Source: an uncultured Lachnospiraceae bacterium (GTDB lineage Bacteria > Bacillota > Clostridia > Lachnospirales > Lachnospiraceae). From it: 64,000 bases of DNA. Where the stretch lies: assembly GCA_947175035.1 (NCBI GenBank), contig CAMWLG010000001.1, forward strand, positions 26,982 to 90,981, written 5' to 3'. The notes under the pieces are model-generated. The model was not told where the DNA came from, searched no databases, and saw only the letters and a list, made by a program, of their open reading frames with translations. A program made the translations under genes and the position numbers. Within the stretch, counting starts at the first letter, position 1. Each line of letters opens with the position of its first letter. Below, piece by piece: positions 10,154-20,873 of this stretch.

Positions 10154-10178
10154 AAAGTGGGAAAGGAGCAAGGTGCGG

Positions 10179-10568
10179 ATGAAAATTTTATTGGCAGAGG
10201 ATGATTTCGCCAGCCGGAAGTTTATGGATAAACAGCTGTCGCGTTACGGGGAATGTGATGTGATGGTAGACGGCGAAGAAGCAGTGGATGCCTTTATGAT
10301 GGCCTTGGAGGATGAACCGTACGATCTGGCATGTCTGGACGTGATGATGCCTGTTATGGATGGGTATCAGGTTCTGAAAGCGATCCGTGATATAGAGGCG
10401 CAGAAGGGCATACCCAAGAGCAAGCGTGTGAAAGTCATTATGACTACGGCGCTGAATGACGAGCGCAACGTGAAGATGGCGTTCGAGCTTGGGTGCGAAG
10501 CTTATGCGGGGAAACCTATCGATATGGAAAAGTTTGAAAAGGTGTTGAAGAAGCTGGAGCTGATTTAA
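10179..10568 (+). CDS. CheY-like single-domain response regulator
   Basis: ILLAEDD, LDVMMP, MTTA, KPI. Lies between cheB and cheA. Confidence 0.85.
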   Translation: MKILLAEDDFASRKFMDKQLSRYGECDVMVDGEEAVDAFMMALEDEPYDLACLDVMMPVMDGYQVLKAIRDIEAQKGIPKSKRVKVIMTTALNDERNVKMAFELGCEAYAGKPIDMEKFEKVLKKLELI

Positions 10569-10600
10569 CCGTCAGAGAAATCCTTTAGAATGGAGGAAGT

Positions 10601-12730
10601 ATGGCAGAAGAATTTAACACAGACAGTATGCTTTCCATGTTTTTGTACGAGAGCAACCAGGGTTTGGAAAAGCTGGAAGGCATTATTTTGGAAAAACAGG
10701 ATGCAGATTGCTTTGACGATGCCGATATCAATGAAATTTTCCGTATCATGCACACCATCAAGGGTTCATCCGCTGTTTTGATGTATGAAAACATCAAGAC
10801 CGCATCCCACAAGCTGGAGGATGTATTCTACTACCTGCGGGAATCCCATCCGGAAAACGTGCCTCACAAGGAGTTGGTGGAAAAGGTACTTGCCGTATCG
10901 GATTTCATCACAGGTGAGCTTGACAAAATCAAGGATGGCGACAACCCGGATGGCGATGAAAAAGAGTTGGTAGCGGATTTGGAGGAGTTTCTGGGAGAAC
11001 TCAAAGGCGAGATCAAGAAGCAGGGTATCAGGCTTCCCAAAGCGAATAAGCAGGAGGAGCCGACCCAGTTCTACATTACGCCTGTGGCGGAGCCGGACAG
11101 TCATTTTTATCGGATTGTGATTCGTTATCGGAGCGATACACAGATGAGTAATATCCGCGCCTACAGCGCCACTTATGCGCTGAAGGAAGTGGCGGAGGAT
11201 TTGCTCTATACGCCGGAGGACATTCTTTCCAACGAGGCAAGCCATGACAGCATTCTGGCGGAAGGCTTTCATATGCTCCTGCAGACGAAGGCTTCCAAGG
11301 AAGAGGTTATGGAGCTGATAGACAGCTCAGAGGCGGAAACGATTGATTTTGACGAGATTAACAGTACGGAGTACGGCAAGGCGCTGACAGAATTCGGACG
11401 GGAGGCACCGCCCATCGTCATTAATCTGGGTGATGAAAAGGGCGAGGCAAAGGGTGAAAAGCAGCAGGCGCCCATTGCTCCCGGCGACTATGTGGTGAAG
11501 TCCAAGGAGACAGGAAAGGGCAAGACCCTGGCGAAGAACCAGCCGAAACAGCAGGCCATCATCAGTGTGAATATTGAGAAGATGGATGCCCTCATGGACA
11601 TGATTGGAGAGCTGGTGATCGCGGAGGCAACAGTGCTGCAGAACCCGGATCTGAAGGTGCCGGGGTTGGATCTCACCAATTTCCAGAAGGCGGCAGCGCA
11701 GCTGGCAAAAAACACTACAGAGCTGCAGGATGTCATCATGTCCATGCGTATGATGCCCCTTACCAGTGTGTTCCAGAAGATGCGGCGTATTGTCTTCGAT
11801 GTTTCCAGAAAGCTGGGAAAGGATATTGAGTTTGAAGTGATCGGTGAGAACACGGAAGTGGATAAAAATATTATCGAACACATTTCCGACCCGCTGATGC
11901 ACCTTGTGAGAAACTCTGTAGACCACGGCATCGAGGATAACCCGGATCTGCGCACGGCCAACGGAAAGTCGGCGAAGGGTAAAATTACCCTGGAGGCGAA
12001 AAACGAAGGCGGCAAGGTATATATCAGCGTCAGGGATGACGGCAAAGGACTTAATAGAGAGAAACTTTATAACAAGGCGTTTGAGAACGGACTGATTGGC
12101 GACAAGCCCATGAGCGAGTTCTCGGATAAGGATATTTTCAAGTTCATCACACTGCCTGGTTTTTCCACCAAAGAGGAGGTAACGGAATACTCTGGGCGTG
12201 GAGTGGGAATGGATGTGGTGGTAAAAAATATCCAGTCCATCGGAGGACGCCTTGAGATTGACAGCGTTGAGGGACAGGGATCAGAGATGACTTTGGTCAT
12301 ACCGCTGACCCTTGCGATTATCAGCGGCATTGTGATACAGGTAGGCGAGGCGCCGTTTGTGATTGAGATGGCATCCATCAAAGAGTTCATCAGTGTGACT
12401 GAGGATGCCCTCATACAGGAACCCGGAGGAGAAGAGTATATTGTCCTGCGAGGCGACTGTTTCCCCTTTATCCGTCTGGGTGAAAAATACGACCTGCCGG
12501 GAGCAAAGAGCAAGCTGGAGGAAGGAATTGTAGCTGTCGTGGAGCACGAAGGGCAACAGATATGTATCCTGATCGACAAGATACTCCAGGAACAGGAAAT
12601 CGTGGTAAAGCCGATTCCTTCCTATGTTAAGAAAGTAAAGGGACTTTCGGGCTGTACCCAGCTTGGAGACGGAAGTATTGCTTTAATCCTGGATGTTGGA
12701 GGGTTGATGATAGAGGAGGAAAGGAGATAG
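10601..12730 (+). CDS. cheA: Chemotaxis histidine kinase CheA
   Basis: Hpt FRIMHTIKGSS, P3 MDMIGELVIA, HLVRNSVDHG, DDGKG, GFST, GRGVGMDVV, C-terminal CheW domain. Confidence 0.96.
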   Translation: MAEEFNTDSMLSMFLYESNQGLEKLEGIILEKQDADCFDDADINEIFRIMHTIKGSSAVLMYENIKTASHKLEDVFYYLRESHPENVPHKELVEKVLAVSDFITGELDKIKDGDNPDGDEKELVADLEEFLGELKGEIKKQGIRLPKANKQEEPTQFYITPVAEPDSHFYRIVIRYRSDTQMSNIRAYSATYALKEVAEDLLYTPEDILSNEASHDSILAEGFHMLLQTKASKEEVMELIDSSEAETIDFDEINSTEYGKALTEFGREAPPIVINLGDEKGEAKGEKQQAPIAPGDYVVKSKETGKGKTLAKNQPKQQAIISVNIEKMDALMDMIGELVIAEATVLQNPDLKVPGLDLTNFQKAAAQLAKNTTELQDVIMSMRMMPLTSVFQKMRRIVFDVSRKLGKDIEFEVIGENTEVDKNIIEHISDPLMHLVRNSVDHGIEDNPDLRTANGKSAKGKITLEAKNEGGKVYISVRDDGKGLNREKLYNKAFENGLIGDKPMSEFSDKDIFKFITLPGFSTKEEVTEYSGRGVGMDVVVKNIQSIGGRLEIDSVEGQGSEMTLVIPLTLAIISGIVIQVGEAPFVIEMASIKEFISVTEDALIQEPGGEEYIVLRGDCFPFIRLGEKYDLPGAKSKLEEGIVAVVEHEGQQICILIDKILQEQEIVVKPIPSYVKKVKGLSGCTQLGDGSIALILDVGGLMIEEERR

Positions 12731-12733
12731 CAC

Positions 12734-13249
12734 ATGGCGGATGAAGTAAAGGAAGAACTGCTGGAAGAAGATGCCTCAAAAGGAAAGTTTATGACGTTCC
12801 AGACAGGGAGGGAGTATTTCGGCATAAGCATCAGTTATGTAAGTGAAATCATCCAGATGCAGCCGATCACAGCGATACCCGAAGCAGAAGACTATATCAA
12901 AGGCCTGATTAATCTTCGTGGTAAGATTATTCCCGTGATTGATGTTCGTGTAAGGTTTAAGATGGATCCTATTGAATACACGGACAGAACATGTATTATT
13001 GTGATTGACGTAAAATCAACGGTGATTGGACTGATTGTGGAGAAGATAGCAGAGGTGGTCGATATTATGGAGGATGATGTTGTACCACCGCCCACGCTGG
13101 GAGGACATAAGGACAATGAGAAAAGCAAATATGTCTACGGTCTGGCGAGGACAGGAGATACCATGAAGCTGCTGTTAGATCCGGAAAAGCTGATTAAACA
13201 AGAGGACTTGGATATTCTTGAAGAGATTCAGGAAGAAGAACAATCATAA
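12734..13249 (+). CDS. cheW: Chemotaxis coupling protein CheW
   Basis: [29 protein letters not shown]. Confidence 0.95.
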   Translation: MADEVKEELLEEDASKGKFMTFQTGREYFGISISYVSEIIQMQPITAIPEAEDYIKGLINLRGKIIPVIDVRVRFKMDPIEYTDRTCIIVIDVKSTVIGLIVEKIAEVVDIMEDDVVPPPTLGGHKDNEKSKYVYGLARTGDTMKLLLDPEKLIKQEDLDILEEIQEEEQS

Positions 13250-13281
13250 AGAAAAACAATCATAAAGAAGGAGAGTTTACC

Positions 13282-15066
13282 ATGAAGAAGAATTTTTCAA
13301 TCAATGATATGCCTGTAAAAATCAAAATCAGAATGTTCACTATCGTGATGCTGGTGTTTATGGTCATCATCGCGGGAGTGGGCCTGTTTACTGCGACCAA
13401 CATCAACAAGGTTCGCAAGGACAGCTATGACAATTATGCCATGAGCCAGTATTATGTATCAAATGCTTTCACTAATTTTTCACAGATGGAGACCTACCTC
13501 AGAAATATCCTGTTCTATTACTATAATGACGCAGCGGGGGCGTCAAAACAGACTACCCTGATCGAACAGAATTACAACGAGATGGTAGAGAATTTTGCTA
13601 TGTTTGAGGCGAATCTGCCTGAGTTGGCTCCCGACATTAAGACCCAGTATGATAAGGTGAAGAATGCGGCGGATAAGTGGAAGTCTTCCATGGAAGACGA
13701 GATTCGGAAAGCAATGGGCGGCAACCAGCAGGGCGCAATCACGGAACTGCTAAATAACGGCAAGGCGTTGGCAGACACTGCAGAGGCGGAGACGGTTACG
13801 CTGATTAATATGCTGGCTGAGGATGCCAATGAGCATGATCAGGAAGTACACAACCAAATGATTGCGCTGATTGCTGTAATGTGTGCAGTTGCGCTGATCG
13901 CAATTTTCATCGGATTTGCATATGCGGCTGTGATGACACGTGCCATCACTCTTCCTATCGAGAAACTGACCGTTGCAGCCAAGAAGCTGGAGAACGGTGA
14001 TATAGACGTAGACTGTCAGAAGATTAACAATGATGACTTGGGCGACTTGATGGATGCGTTTGCACAAATGGCAAACGGTATTAAGGATCAGGTAAGAGTG
14101 GCTGACGTAGTGGCAAAGGGAGATTACACTGTAGACGTAAAGCTTCGCAGCGACAGGGATGTCCTTGGCAAAGCGCTGCAGAAGCTGGTGCATGACGAGA
14201 ACAGAACCTTGAGCAACATTAAAGAGGCCGGCGCTCAGATTACCGTAGGTTCCGAGCAGGTGGCAAATGCCAGCCAGGCTCTGGCGCAGGGTTCTACCGA
14301 GCAGGCAAGCGCAATTCAGCAGGTAACTGCTTCTATGGACGAGGTGACACAGCGCACCAAGGAGAACGCTACCGAGGCGGGTCAGGCAAGCAACTTGGTA
14401 CACAATATCAAGAATATGGCAGCGGAAGGCAACGAGCAGATGAAGTCCATGATCCAGGCTATGGACAGCATCAACGAGTCCTCCGAGACGATTTCCAAGA
14501 TTATCAAGACAATTGATGATATTTCCTTCCAGACCAATATCCTGGCTCTGAATGCTGCAGTTGAGGCTGCAAGAGCAGGCGTGCATGGCAAGGGCTTTGC
14601 AGTGGTGGCAGAAGAAGTCAGAAATCTGGCTGCCAAGAGTGCATCCGCTGCAGGTGAAACTGCTGAGATGATTGAGGATTCCATCCGCAAGGTGGCTACC
14701 GGTACCAAGATCGCAGAAGAAACTGCTAAGTCTCTGGATGCAATCGTGAAGTCCATTGATGAGATTGTGGTGCTGATCAGCAATATCACAGCTTCCTCCA
14801 ATGAGCAGGCGACAGCAATTTCCCAGATTGACCAGGCAATCTCCCAGGTATCCACAGTGGTACAGACCAATGCTGCTACCAGCGAGCAGTGTGCGGCAGC
14901 CAGCGAGGAGCTTTCCAACCAGGCGGTTACCCTTAGAAACCTTATCGGTCAGTATAAGCTGCTCACAAACGGTCAGGGCGGAGGATTTTCTTCTGACAGC
15001 TTTGGTATGTCCTCCTACAGCAGTGAGCCGGTGATTTCTTTAGAAGGCGACTTTAGCAAATATTAA
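13282..15066 (+). CDS. Methyl-accepting chemotaxis protein
   Basis: Two TM helices around a four-helix sensor, HAMP, and the signalling hairpin [34 protein letters not shown]. Confidence 0.95.
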   Translation: MKKNFSINDMPVKIKIRMFTIVMLVFMVIIAGVGLFTATNINKVRKDSYDNYAMSQYYVSNAFTNFSQMETYLRNILFYYYNDAAGASKQTTLIEQNYNEMVENFAMFEANLPELAPDIKTQYDKVKNAADKWKSSMEDEIRKAMGGNQQGAITELLNNGKALADTAEAETVTLINMLAEDANEHDQEVHNQMIALIAVMCAVALIAIFIGFAYAAVMTRAITLPIEKLTVAAKKLENGDIDVDCQKINNDDLGDLMDAFAQMANGIKDQVRVADVVAKGDYTVDVKLRSDRDVLGKALQKLVHDENRTLSNIKEAGAQITVGSEQVANASQALAQGSTEQASAIQQVTASMDEVTQRTKENATEAGQASNLVHNIKNMAAEGNEQMKSMIQAMDSINESSETISKIIKTIDDISFQTNILALNAAVEAARAGVHGKGFAVVAEEVRNLAAKSASAAGETAEMIEDSIRKVATGTKIAEETAKSLDAIVKSIDEIVVLISNITASSNEQATAISQIDQAISQVSTVVQTNAATSEQCAAASEELSNQAVTLRNLIGQYKLLTNGQGGGFSSDSFGMSSYSSEPVISLEGDFSKY

Positions 15067-15133
15067 ATTGAGTGGCGCGGGATGGCGTCAGATATCAATA
15101 GATAGATATGCATCTATCTACACCTATACCATT

Positions 15134-15165
15134 AAAAGGGACAGTTTAGCATAGCTGTCCCTTTT
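15134..15165 (+). terminator. Intrinsic (likely bidirectional) terminator after the MCP
   Basis: AAAAGGGACAG...CTGTCCCTTTT inverted repeat. Confidence 0.75.
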
Positions 15166-15196
15166 GAAGTTGTGCCCGAGGTGAGTGGGGCATTTG

Positions 15197-15225
15197 ATTG
15201 ACAGCAGATAGAGCCTATGTTACAC
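15197..15225 (+). promoter_or_regulatory. SigA-type promoter
   Basis: TTGACA-17 nt-TACACT upstream of the second hybrid kinase. Confidence 0.55.
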
Positions 15226-15324
15226 TGTGAATACAGATATATGTACTTAAAGTAGTACAATTTAGCAAAGACCATTGATATCAATCTCATGATGCAGACG
15301 ATTGGGAAATTTGTAGGAGCAGGG

Positions 15325-18264
15325 ATGAGAAAGACAGAAAAGAAGACGACAATCAGAATATTTACCACGGGAGTCTTGATACTTGCGATTATATTTGTGT
15401 TTGGCGGGTATATGCAGAGGAATTCCCAGCGTATAGCGCAGCAGAATGCAAGCTATATACAGAGCTCTACCATTGAAACGGCGGGATGGATTGCGGATAT
15501 TCTGGACAATGCCCGCAGCAGTATCAACAATATGGCAGGATTGTATGGGCAGACATTGACTAGCAGAGAGGTTAATACCGAGGATTTGAAGCAAATGGCG
15601 GATAGATCGCTGTTTGACTATGTGGAATTCATCAATGCGGATGGAATAGATATCAATGTGCAGGGAATTCGCGCAGATGTCTCTGACAGAACCTATTTTA
15701 TTAAGGGAATGCAGGGGGAGAGTGGTATGGATGGCGCATACGTCTCCAGGATCACGAATGAGAGGGATGTGATTTTCTATGCGCCTGTCAGATATCAGGG
15801 TGAGATTATCGGTGTGCTGACAGGGCATTACCGGGAGGAGCGCATGCGCGGGATCCTGAACACCGAGCTGTTTGGGGAACAGGCGCCTACTTTATTGTGC
15901 CTTGATGATGGTACGATTGTCGCTGGAATCGGTATGGATGCCCAGGGCGACAATGCCATGGATTATATAGGGAATGGGGTGACACCCCAGGAGGCAGAAG
16001 GCATTCGGAAGGCTCTGGCGGAGGAGGAGCAGTTTGCATTTTCCTACGACGGACCAGAGGGCGGTACATTGGCATATATTGCTTCGCTTCCCGGAAACCA
16101 GTGGACAATCATACAGTTTTTTCCGGTAGGTGCACTGGAGCGAATGCAGAGGAGGGCAAACGAGGCGGGCATGATCCTGCAGGTAGAGCTGATTGTCTTT
16201 TTCGCTGCCTATATGGTGTTTTTGCTGGTGCAGGAGTATCATCAGAAACGGAAGTTGTCCGAGGGAAAGCGGGAGGCGGAGAATATTGTCAAGGCGGTCA
16301 ACAGCCTCTTTTCCTATTTCGTTGTTGTGAATCTGGAAGAGGATAGCTATCAATATATGGGGGATCATTCCCAGGGTGTGGACGGGATTGCCGATGAGGG
16401 AAAATACACCGATTTTCTGGAATTTTTGGCGGACAAATTCGTGCCGGAATACGATATGGTGCCTATGACGACAGTTCTGTCTAAAGAGTATATCAGGGAG
16501 AATTTTCCGGCAACGGTTCCCTTTGAGAGGTACGAGTATCAGATTTTGAAGGGGCAGGAAAAAATGTGGGAGAGCATGGCGCTCATTGTGATCGAGCGAA
16601 AGGAAGGCCAACCCACCGCTGTCCTGTTGGCGATACAGGAGATCACGGGAACGAAGCAGAAGGAGCTGCGCACCCAGCAGGCACTGAAAGAGGCGTATCA
16701 GGCGGCGGAGGCGGCCAATCATGCCAAGAGTGAATTTCTGTCCCGCATGTCCCATGATATCCGCACACCCATGAATGCGATCATGGGCATGACAACCATA
16801 GCCGCCATGCATATGGATGACAGGGCGAGATTGGAGGACTGCCTTGGCAAAATTACGATTTCAAGCAAACATCTTCTTGGGTTGATCAACGAGGTGTTGG
16901 ATATGTCCAAGATCGAAAGCGGTAAGTTGGAGCTGATGGCTGGGGAGTTTGACCTGTCAAAGACGGTAAATGAGCTGTTGGGAATCTTTCATCCGCAGAT
17001 GGAACTCAAGCGGCAGAAGCTCTCTGTCACGCTGAGCGGGGTGACTCACGAGAGGGTGATCGGAGATGCCCAGAGGCTCTCACAGGTGCTGATAAATATC
17101 ATGGGAAATGCCATGAAGTTTACGCCCGAGGGCGGAAGCATCTCATTACATATCACTGAGCTTCCCTCTGACATTCCAGGGAGCGGATGCTACGAGTTTA
17201 TCGTCACCGACACCGGAATTGGGATGGATGAGGAATTTGCAGCAAAGATGTTTGAGCCGTTTTCGAGGGCGAATGATTCCAGAACGGGCAAGATTGAGGG
17301 AACCGGTCTGGGAATGTCAATTGCTAAAAGTATCGTCACCATGATGGATGGAGATATTCAGGTAAAGAGTCGGAAGGGAGAGGGAACCCAGATCAAGACA
17401 ACGGTGCTTTTGCCGTTTGTGATGGATGCGGAGGAGGAGTTGAATCAACTTGTGGGGAGTCGTGTCATGGTGGTGGATGCCGATCAGGCTGCCTGTGAAA
17501 ACGCATGTGATTTGCTCAATTCCATTCAGATGCCCGCTGTCTGGTTTACAGACGGAGACTTGGCGGTCAGTGAGTTGGTCAGAGACTATCAGGAGGGCGG
17601 AAGCTATGCGGCTGTTATTCTGGACTGGAAGATGCCGGGCAAGGATGGCGTGCAGGTGGCAAGGGAGATTCGGGAAAAGATAGGAGAGAATATTCCCTTC
17701 ATTATCCTCTCGGCGTATGATTGGTCTGCGATTGAGCAGGAAGCGCTGACTGCGGGTGTCGATGAATTTATCGAGAAGCCGCTGTTCAAATCCAGGTTAA
17801 TCTATGTGATGAAAAAGGTTCTTTTGGGACAGGCGGATGTCGAGAGCGAGCTGGATAACATTCTGGTGCAGGAGAAGCGTTTTGTGGGCAAGAGAATCCT
17901 GCTTGTTGAGGACAATGAGCTGAATATTGAGATAGCTGATGAACTTCTCACGATGGCCGGATTTATGGTGGATAAGGCTGTCAACGGACAGGAGGCAGTG
18001 GAGCGGCTTATGGGGACAGAGCCCGGAACCTATCAGCTTGTGTTGATGGATATTCAGATGCCGGTGATGAACGGGTATGATGCTGCAAAGGCTGTGAGAC
18101 AGTCAGAGCGTGAGGATCTGCAGATGCTTCCCATTATTGCAATGACGGCGGATGCATTTTCAGAGGATATCAAGAAGGCACAAAATGCGGGAATGAACGG
18201 GCATATCGCCAAACCGATCAATATTGACAAGCTGATGGAGACCCTGAAAGATTGGATTAACTAA
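15325..18264 (+). CDS. Hybrid sensor histidine kinase (Cache-like sensor, HisKA, HATPase, two REC domains)
   Basis: FLSRMSHDIRTPMNAIMG, IMGNAMKFT, DTGIG, GTGLG and two REC domains. The start is uncertain (15289 or 15325). Confidence 0.9.
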   Translation: MRKTEKKTTIRIFTTGVLILAIIFVFGGYMQRNSQRIAQQNASYIQSSTIETAGWIADILDNARSSINNMAGLYGQTLTSREVNTEDLKQMADRSLFDYVEFINADGIDINVQGIRADVSDRTYFIKGMQGESGMDGAYVSRITNERDVIFYAPVRYQGEIIGVLTGHYREERMRGILNTELFGEQAPTLLCLDDGTIVAGIGMDAQGDNAMDYIGNGVTPQEAEGIRKALAEEEQFAFSYDGPEGGTLAYIASLPGNQWTIIQFFPVGALERMQRRANEAGMILQVELIVFFAAYMVFLLVQEYHQKRKLSEGKREAENIVKAVNSLFSYFVVVNLEEDSYQYMGDHSQGVDGIADEGKYTDFLEFLADKFVPEYDMVPMTTVLSKEYIRENFPATVPFERYEYQILKGQEKMWESMALIVIERKEGQPTAVLLAIQEITGTKQKELRTQQALKEAYQAAEAANHAKSEFLSRMSHDIRTPMNAIMGMTTIAAMHMDDRARLEDCLGKITISSKHLLGLINEVLDMSKIESGKLELMAGEFDLSKTVNELLGIFHPQMELKRQKLSVTLSGVTHERVIGDAQRLSQVLINIMGNAMKFTPEGGSISLHITELPSDIPGSGCYEFIVTDTGIGMDEEFAAKMFEPFSRANDSRTGKIEGTGLGMSIAKSIVTMMDGDIQVKSRKGEGTQIKTTVLLPFVMDAEEELNQLVGSRVMVVDADQAACENACDLLNSIQMPAVWFTDGDLAVSELVRDYQEGGSYAAVILDWKMPGKDGVQVAREIREKIGENIPFIILSAYDWSAIEQEALTAGVDEFIEKPLFKSRLIYVMKKVLLGQADVESELDNILVQEKRFVGKRILLVEDNELNIEIADELLTMAGFMVDKAVNGQEAVERLMGTEPGTYQLVLMDIQMPVMNGYDAAKAVRQSEREDLQMLPIIAMTADAFSEDIKKAQNAGMNGHIAKPINIDKLMETLKDWIN

Positions 18265-18298
18265 AAGGGGATGTCGCACGAAGTGCGACATCCCTTTT
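18263..18298. terminator. Bidirectional terminator between convergent genes
   Basis: AAAAGGGGATGTCGCAC-GAA-GTGCGACATCCCTTTT. Confidence 0.85.
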
Positions 18299-18330
18299 GT
18301 GTTTAACTAATTGTTGTTTACGAGGCTAGA

Positions 18331-19599
18331 CTATTCATCCATATCAAGTACCAGATGCTGGGGAAGTCCATCTACGATGAACGGCTGGTAGTCTCCCTGA
18401 ATCAGGGGCTCAATGTAGTCGATAAATTCCTGAGTGATATAGTTGCCCTCCTCGTTTACCCACTCTCTAGGCACTAACTTCTCATTGTTGGCAATACGGT
18501 GTACATCATAGATGCCTGCGGAACTCATATAAGGATCGTCCGCAATACGGTCGATGACAACCATTTTGCCGGAATCGCCTTCGTCAGCGGCCTTTACAGC
18601 GGCACCGCCCACCATGAACGCCTCGTCAATATCTACGCGGGATGCCATGTGGGATGCGCTTCTCTGCAGGGTGGAGAACTCAATGCTTCTGGTCTTGCAG
18701 CCAAGCTCCGCACCGAGGAAGCTTGCCAGATATGCCGCAGTTCCCTGCAGCTGTTTGTGACCGAAAGCGTCCACATAATCAGCACCGCCGGACAACTCAC
18801 ATACATAGCGTCCGTCCGCCAGCTTAATGCCCTCGGAGACAACGACGACAACGGAATCCTTTTTCTCCAAAAGGGTTTTTACTTTCTTTAAGAATGTATC
18901 CACGTCAAAGACAAGCTCTGGAAGATAAATCAAGTCAGGCCCTTCGCACTCTTCTGTCTTGGCAAGGGCGGTAGCCCCGGTCAGCCAGCCGGCGTTGCGG
19001 CCCATAATCTCCAGGATAGTGATGTTTTTCTTGTTGTAGGTAAGCCCCAGAGCGTCACGGATGACTTCCTTGGTGGACGCTGCGATATATTTGGCAGCGC
19101 TGCCAAAACCGGGGGTGTGGTCGGTCAGAGCGAGGTCATTGTCGATCGTCTTGGGAACACCCAAAAACTTCTGAGTGTGTCCTTTTACAATAGCGTAATC
19201 GGACAGCTTCTTGATCGTGTCCATGGAATCGTTACCGCCAATGTAGATAAATGCCTCAATCTGCAGCTTTTCCAGAATCTGAAAGATTTTCTCATAAATA
19301 TCGGGATCTTCATGAATCTCAGGAAGCTTATATCTGCAGGAACCTAAGAATGCGGACGGAGTTCTCTTCAATAACTCAATATCCATATCAGAGTGAATCT
19401 GCGTGGAAAGATCCACATACCGCTCGTCAAGGAATCCCTGAATCCCGTGGAGCATCCCATATACAGTGTCAAATCCGCGCTCTTTTGCGGTTCTGTACAC
19501 ACCGGCCAGGCTGGAATTGATTACAGAGGTAGGACCGCCTGACTGTCCTACGATAAGATTGCGCTGTTTCGTTTTTGAAGTACTGCTTTTTTTGGCCAT
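18331..19599 (-). CDS. pfp: Phosphofructokinase, probably pyrophosphate-dependent
   Basis: GQSGGP, IGGNDS (Asp at the PPi-determining position), PKTIDND (Lys), EIMGRNAGWL. Confidence 0.85.
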   Translation of the reverse strand: MAKKSSTSKTKQRNLIVGQSGGPTSVINSSLAGVYRTAKERGFDTVYGMLHGIQGFLDERYVDLSTQIHSDMDIELLKRTPSAFLGSCRYKLPEIHEDPDIYEKIFQILEKLQIEAFIYIGGNDSMDTIKKLSDYAIVKGHTQKFLGVPKTIDNDLALTDHTPGFGSAAKYIAASTKEVIRDALGLTYNKKNITILEIMGRNAGWLTGATALAKTEECEGPDLIYLPELVFDVDTFLKKVKTLLEKKDSVVVVVSEGIKLADGRYVCELSGGADYVDAFGHKQLQGTAAYLASFLGAELGCKTRSIEFSTLQRSASHMASRVDIDEAFMVGGAAVKAADEGDSGKMVVIDRIADDPYMSSAGIYDVHRIANNEKLVPREWVNEEGNYITQEFIDYIEPLIQGDYQPFIVDGLPQHLVLDMDE

Positions 19600-19776
19600 A
19601 CTGGCATTACCTCCCTTAAAATTAACTCATTACTTCTATCTTACAAGGGAAATGCTTATCTTGCAAGAAAAATATGTGGGATAAAATGAAAAATTTTATT
19701 CCATTTCTTTAATTATAATGGTACTATTGCATAAAATGATACATAAAATGACACGAAAAAATAAGGAGGCATGTGT

Positions 19777-20751
19777 ATGTGTACAGCGATTGCTTTTGAA
19801 AATAAGGATTTTTACTTTGGAAGGAATCTTGATTTGGAGTATTCGTATTGTGAGGAGATTACCGTGACGCCGCGAAACTTCCCCTTCCGGTTTCGCAGGA
19901 TGGGGGAGATTGCCAGGCATTATGCCATGATTGGTGTGGCGTACAATCAGGAGAATTATCCTCTTTACTACGAGGCGACCAACGAGGCAGGACTTTCCAT
20001 GGCAGGGCTTAATTTCCCAGGCAATGCAGATTATAAGCCGATAGCGGAGGGAAAGGACAATGTGGCGCCTTTTGAGTTCATACCGTGGATACTGTGTGAT
20101 TGCGCGACGATTGCTCAGGCGAGGGAGAAGCTTGGACGCTTGAATCTGGCGGACATTTGCTTTAATGACCAATTGCCGGCATCTCCCCTGCATTGGATCA
20201 TCTCGGGCAGGGAGGGCTCTTTGACGGTGGAATCCGTAAAAGAAGGGCTAAAGGTTTATGACAATCCCGTGGGCGTGCTTACCAACAATCCGGAGTTTAC
20301 GTACCATATGACCAATCTGGACAATTATATGAGTCTGTCTGCTGAGCCTCCGGTGAACCATTTTTGCGGTAAGCTCAAGCTGGAGCCATATTCCCGTGGT
20401 ATGGGCGCTATGGGGCTGCCTGGGGACTTGTCCTCCGCTTCCCGCTTTGTGAAGGCGGCTTTCACAAAATTGAATTCCTGCTGCGGACCGTCGGAGTCGG
20501 AGAGTATCAGCCAGTTTTTCCATATCCTTGGAAGCGTGGCACAGCAGCGCGGGTGTGTCCATATGGGGGATGGAAAATACGAGATCACAGAGTATTCCAC
20601 ATGCTGCAACGTGGATCAGGGGATTTTCTACTACACGACCTATGAAAACAGCCAGATTACCGCCGTGGATATGAACCGGGAGAATCTGGACGGGTGCGGG
20701 CTGATTGCTTATCCCTTGCTTAAGGGGCAGAGGATTCTAATGCAGAACTGA
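19777..20751 (+). CDS. bsh: Choloylglycine hydrolase family (bile salt hydrolase / penicillin V acylase)
   Basis: MCTA with N-terminal Cys nucleophile, GRNLD, NEAGL, LTNNP, SRF. The ATG at 19777 has better SD spacing than 19771. Confidence 0.85.
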   Translation: MCTAIAFENKDFYFGRNLDLEYSYCEEITVTPRNFPFRFRRMGEIARHYAMIGVAYNQENYPLYYEATNEAGLSMAGLNFPGNADYKPIAEGKDNVAPFEFIPWILCDCATIAQAREKLGRLNLADICFNDQLPASPLHWIISGREGSLTVESVKEGLKVYDNPVGVLTNNPEFTYHMTNLDNYMSLSAEPPVNHFCGKLKLEPYSRGMGAMGLPGDLSSASRFVKAAFTKLNSCCGPSESESISQFFHILGSVAQQRGCVHMGDGKYEITEYSTCCNVDQGIFYYTTYENSQITAVDMNRENLDGCGLIAYPLLKGQRILMQN

Positions 20752-20873
20752 CATGGAATTGAAGGGGCATGAAACTTTTCTGTACTTTTCCAAAGAAATA
20801 TGTTACAATGGTTATATTCGTGGCGGAGGGCGGTCATAGGGACATTCATCCGACATGAGATTACTGAGGAAAT

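Noticed and set aside
13239-13269. Short direct repeat AACAATCATAAAGAA x2 at the cheW stop
   Set aside because: Only two copies of 15 nt; most simply a local duplication.
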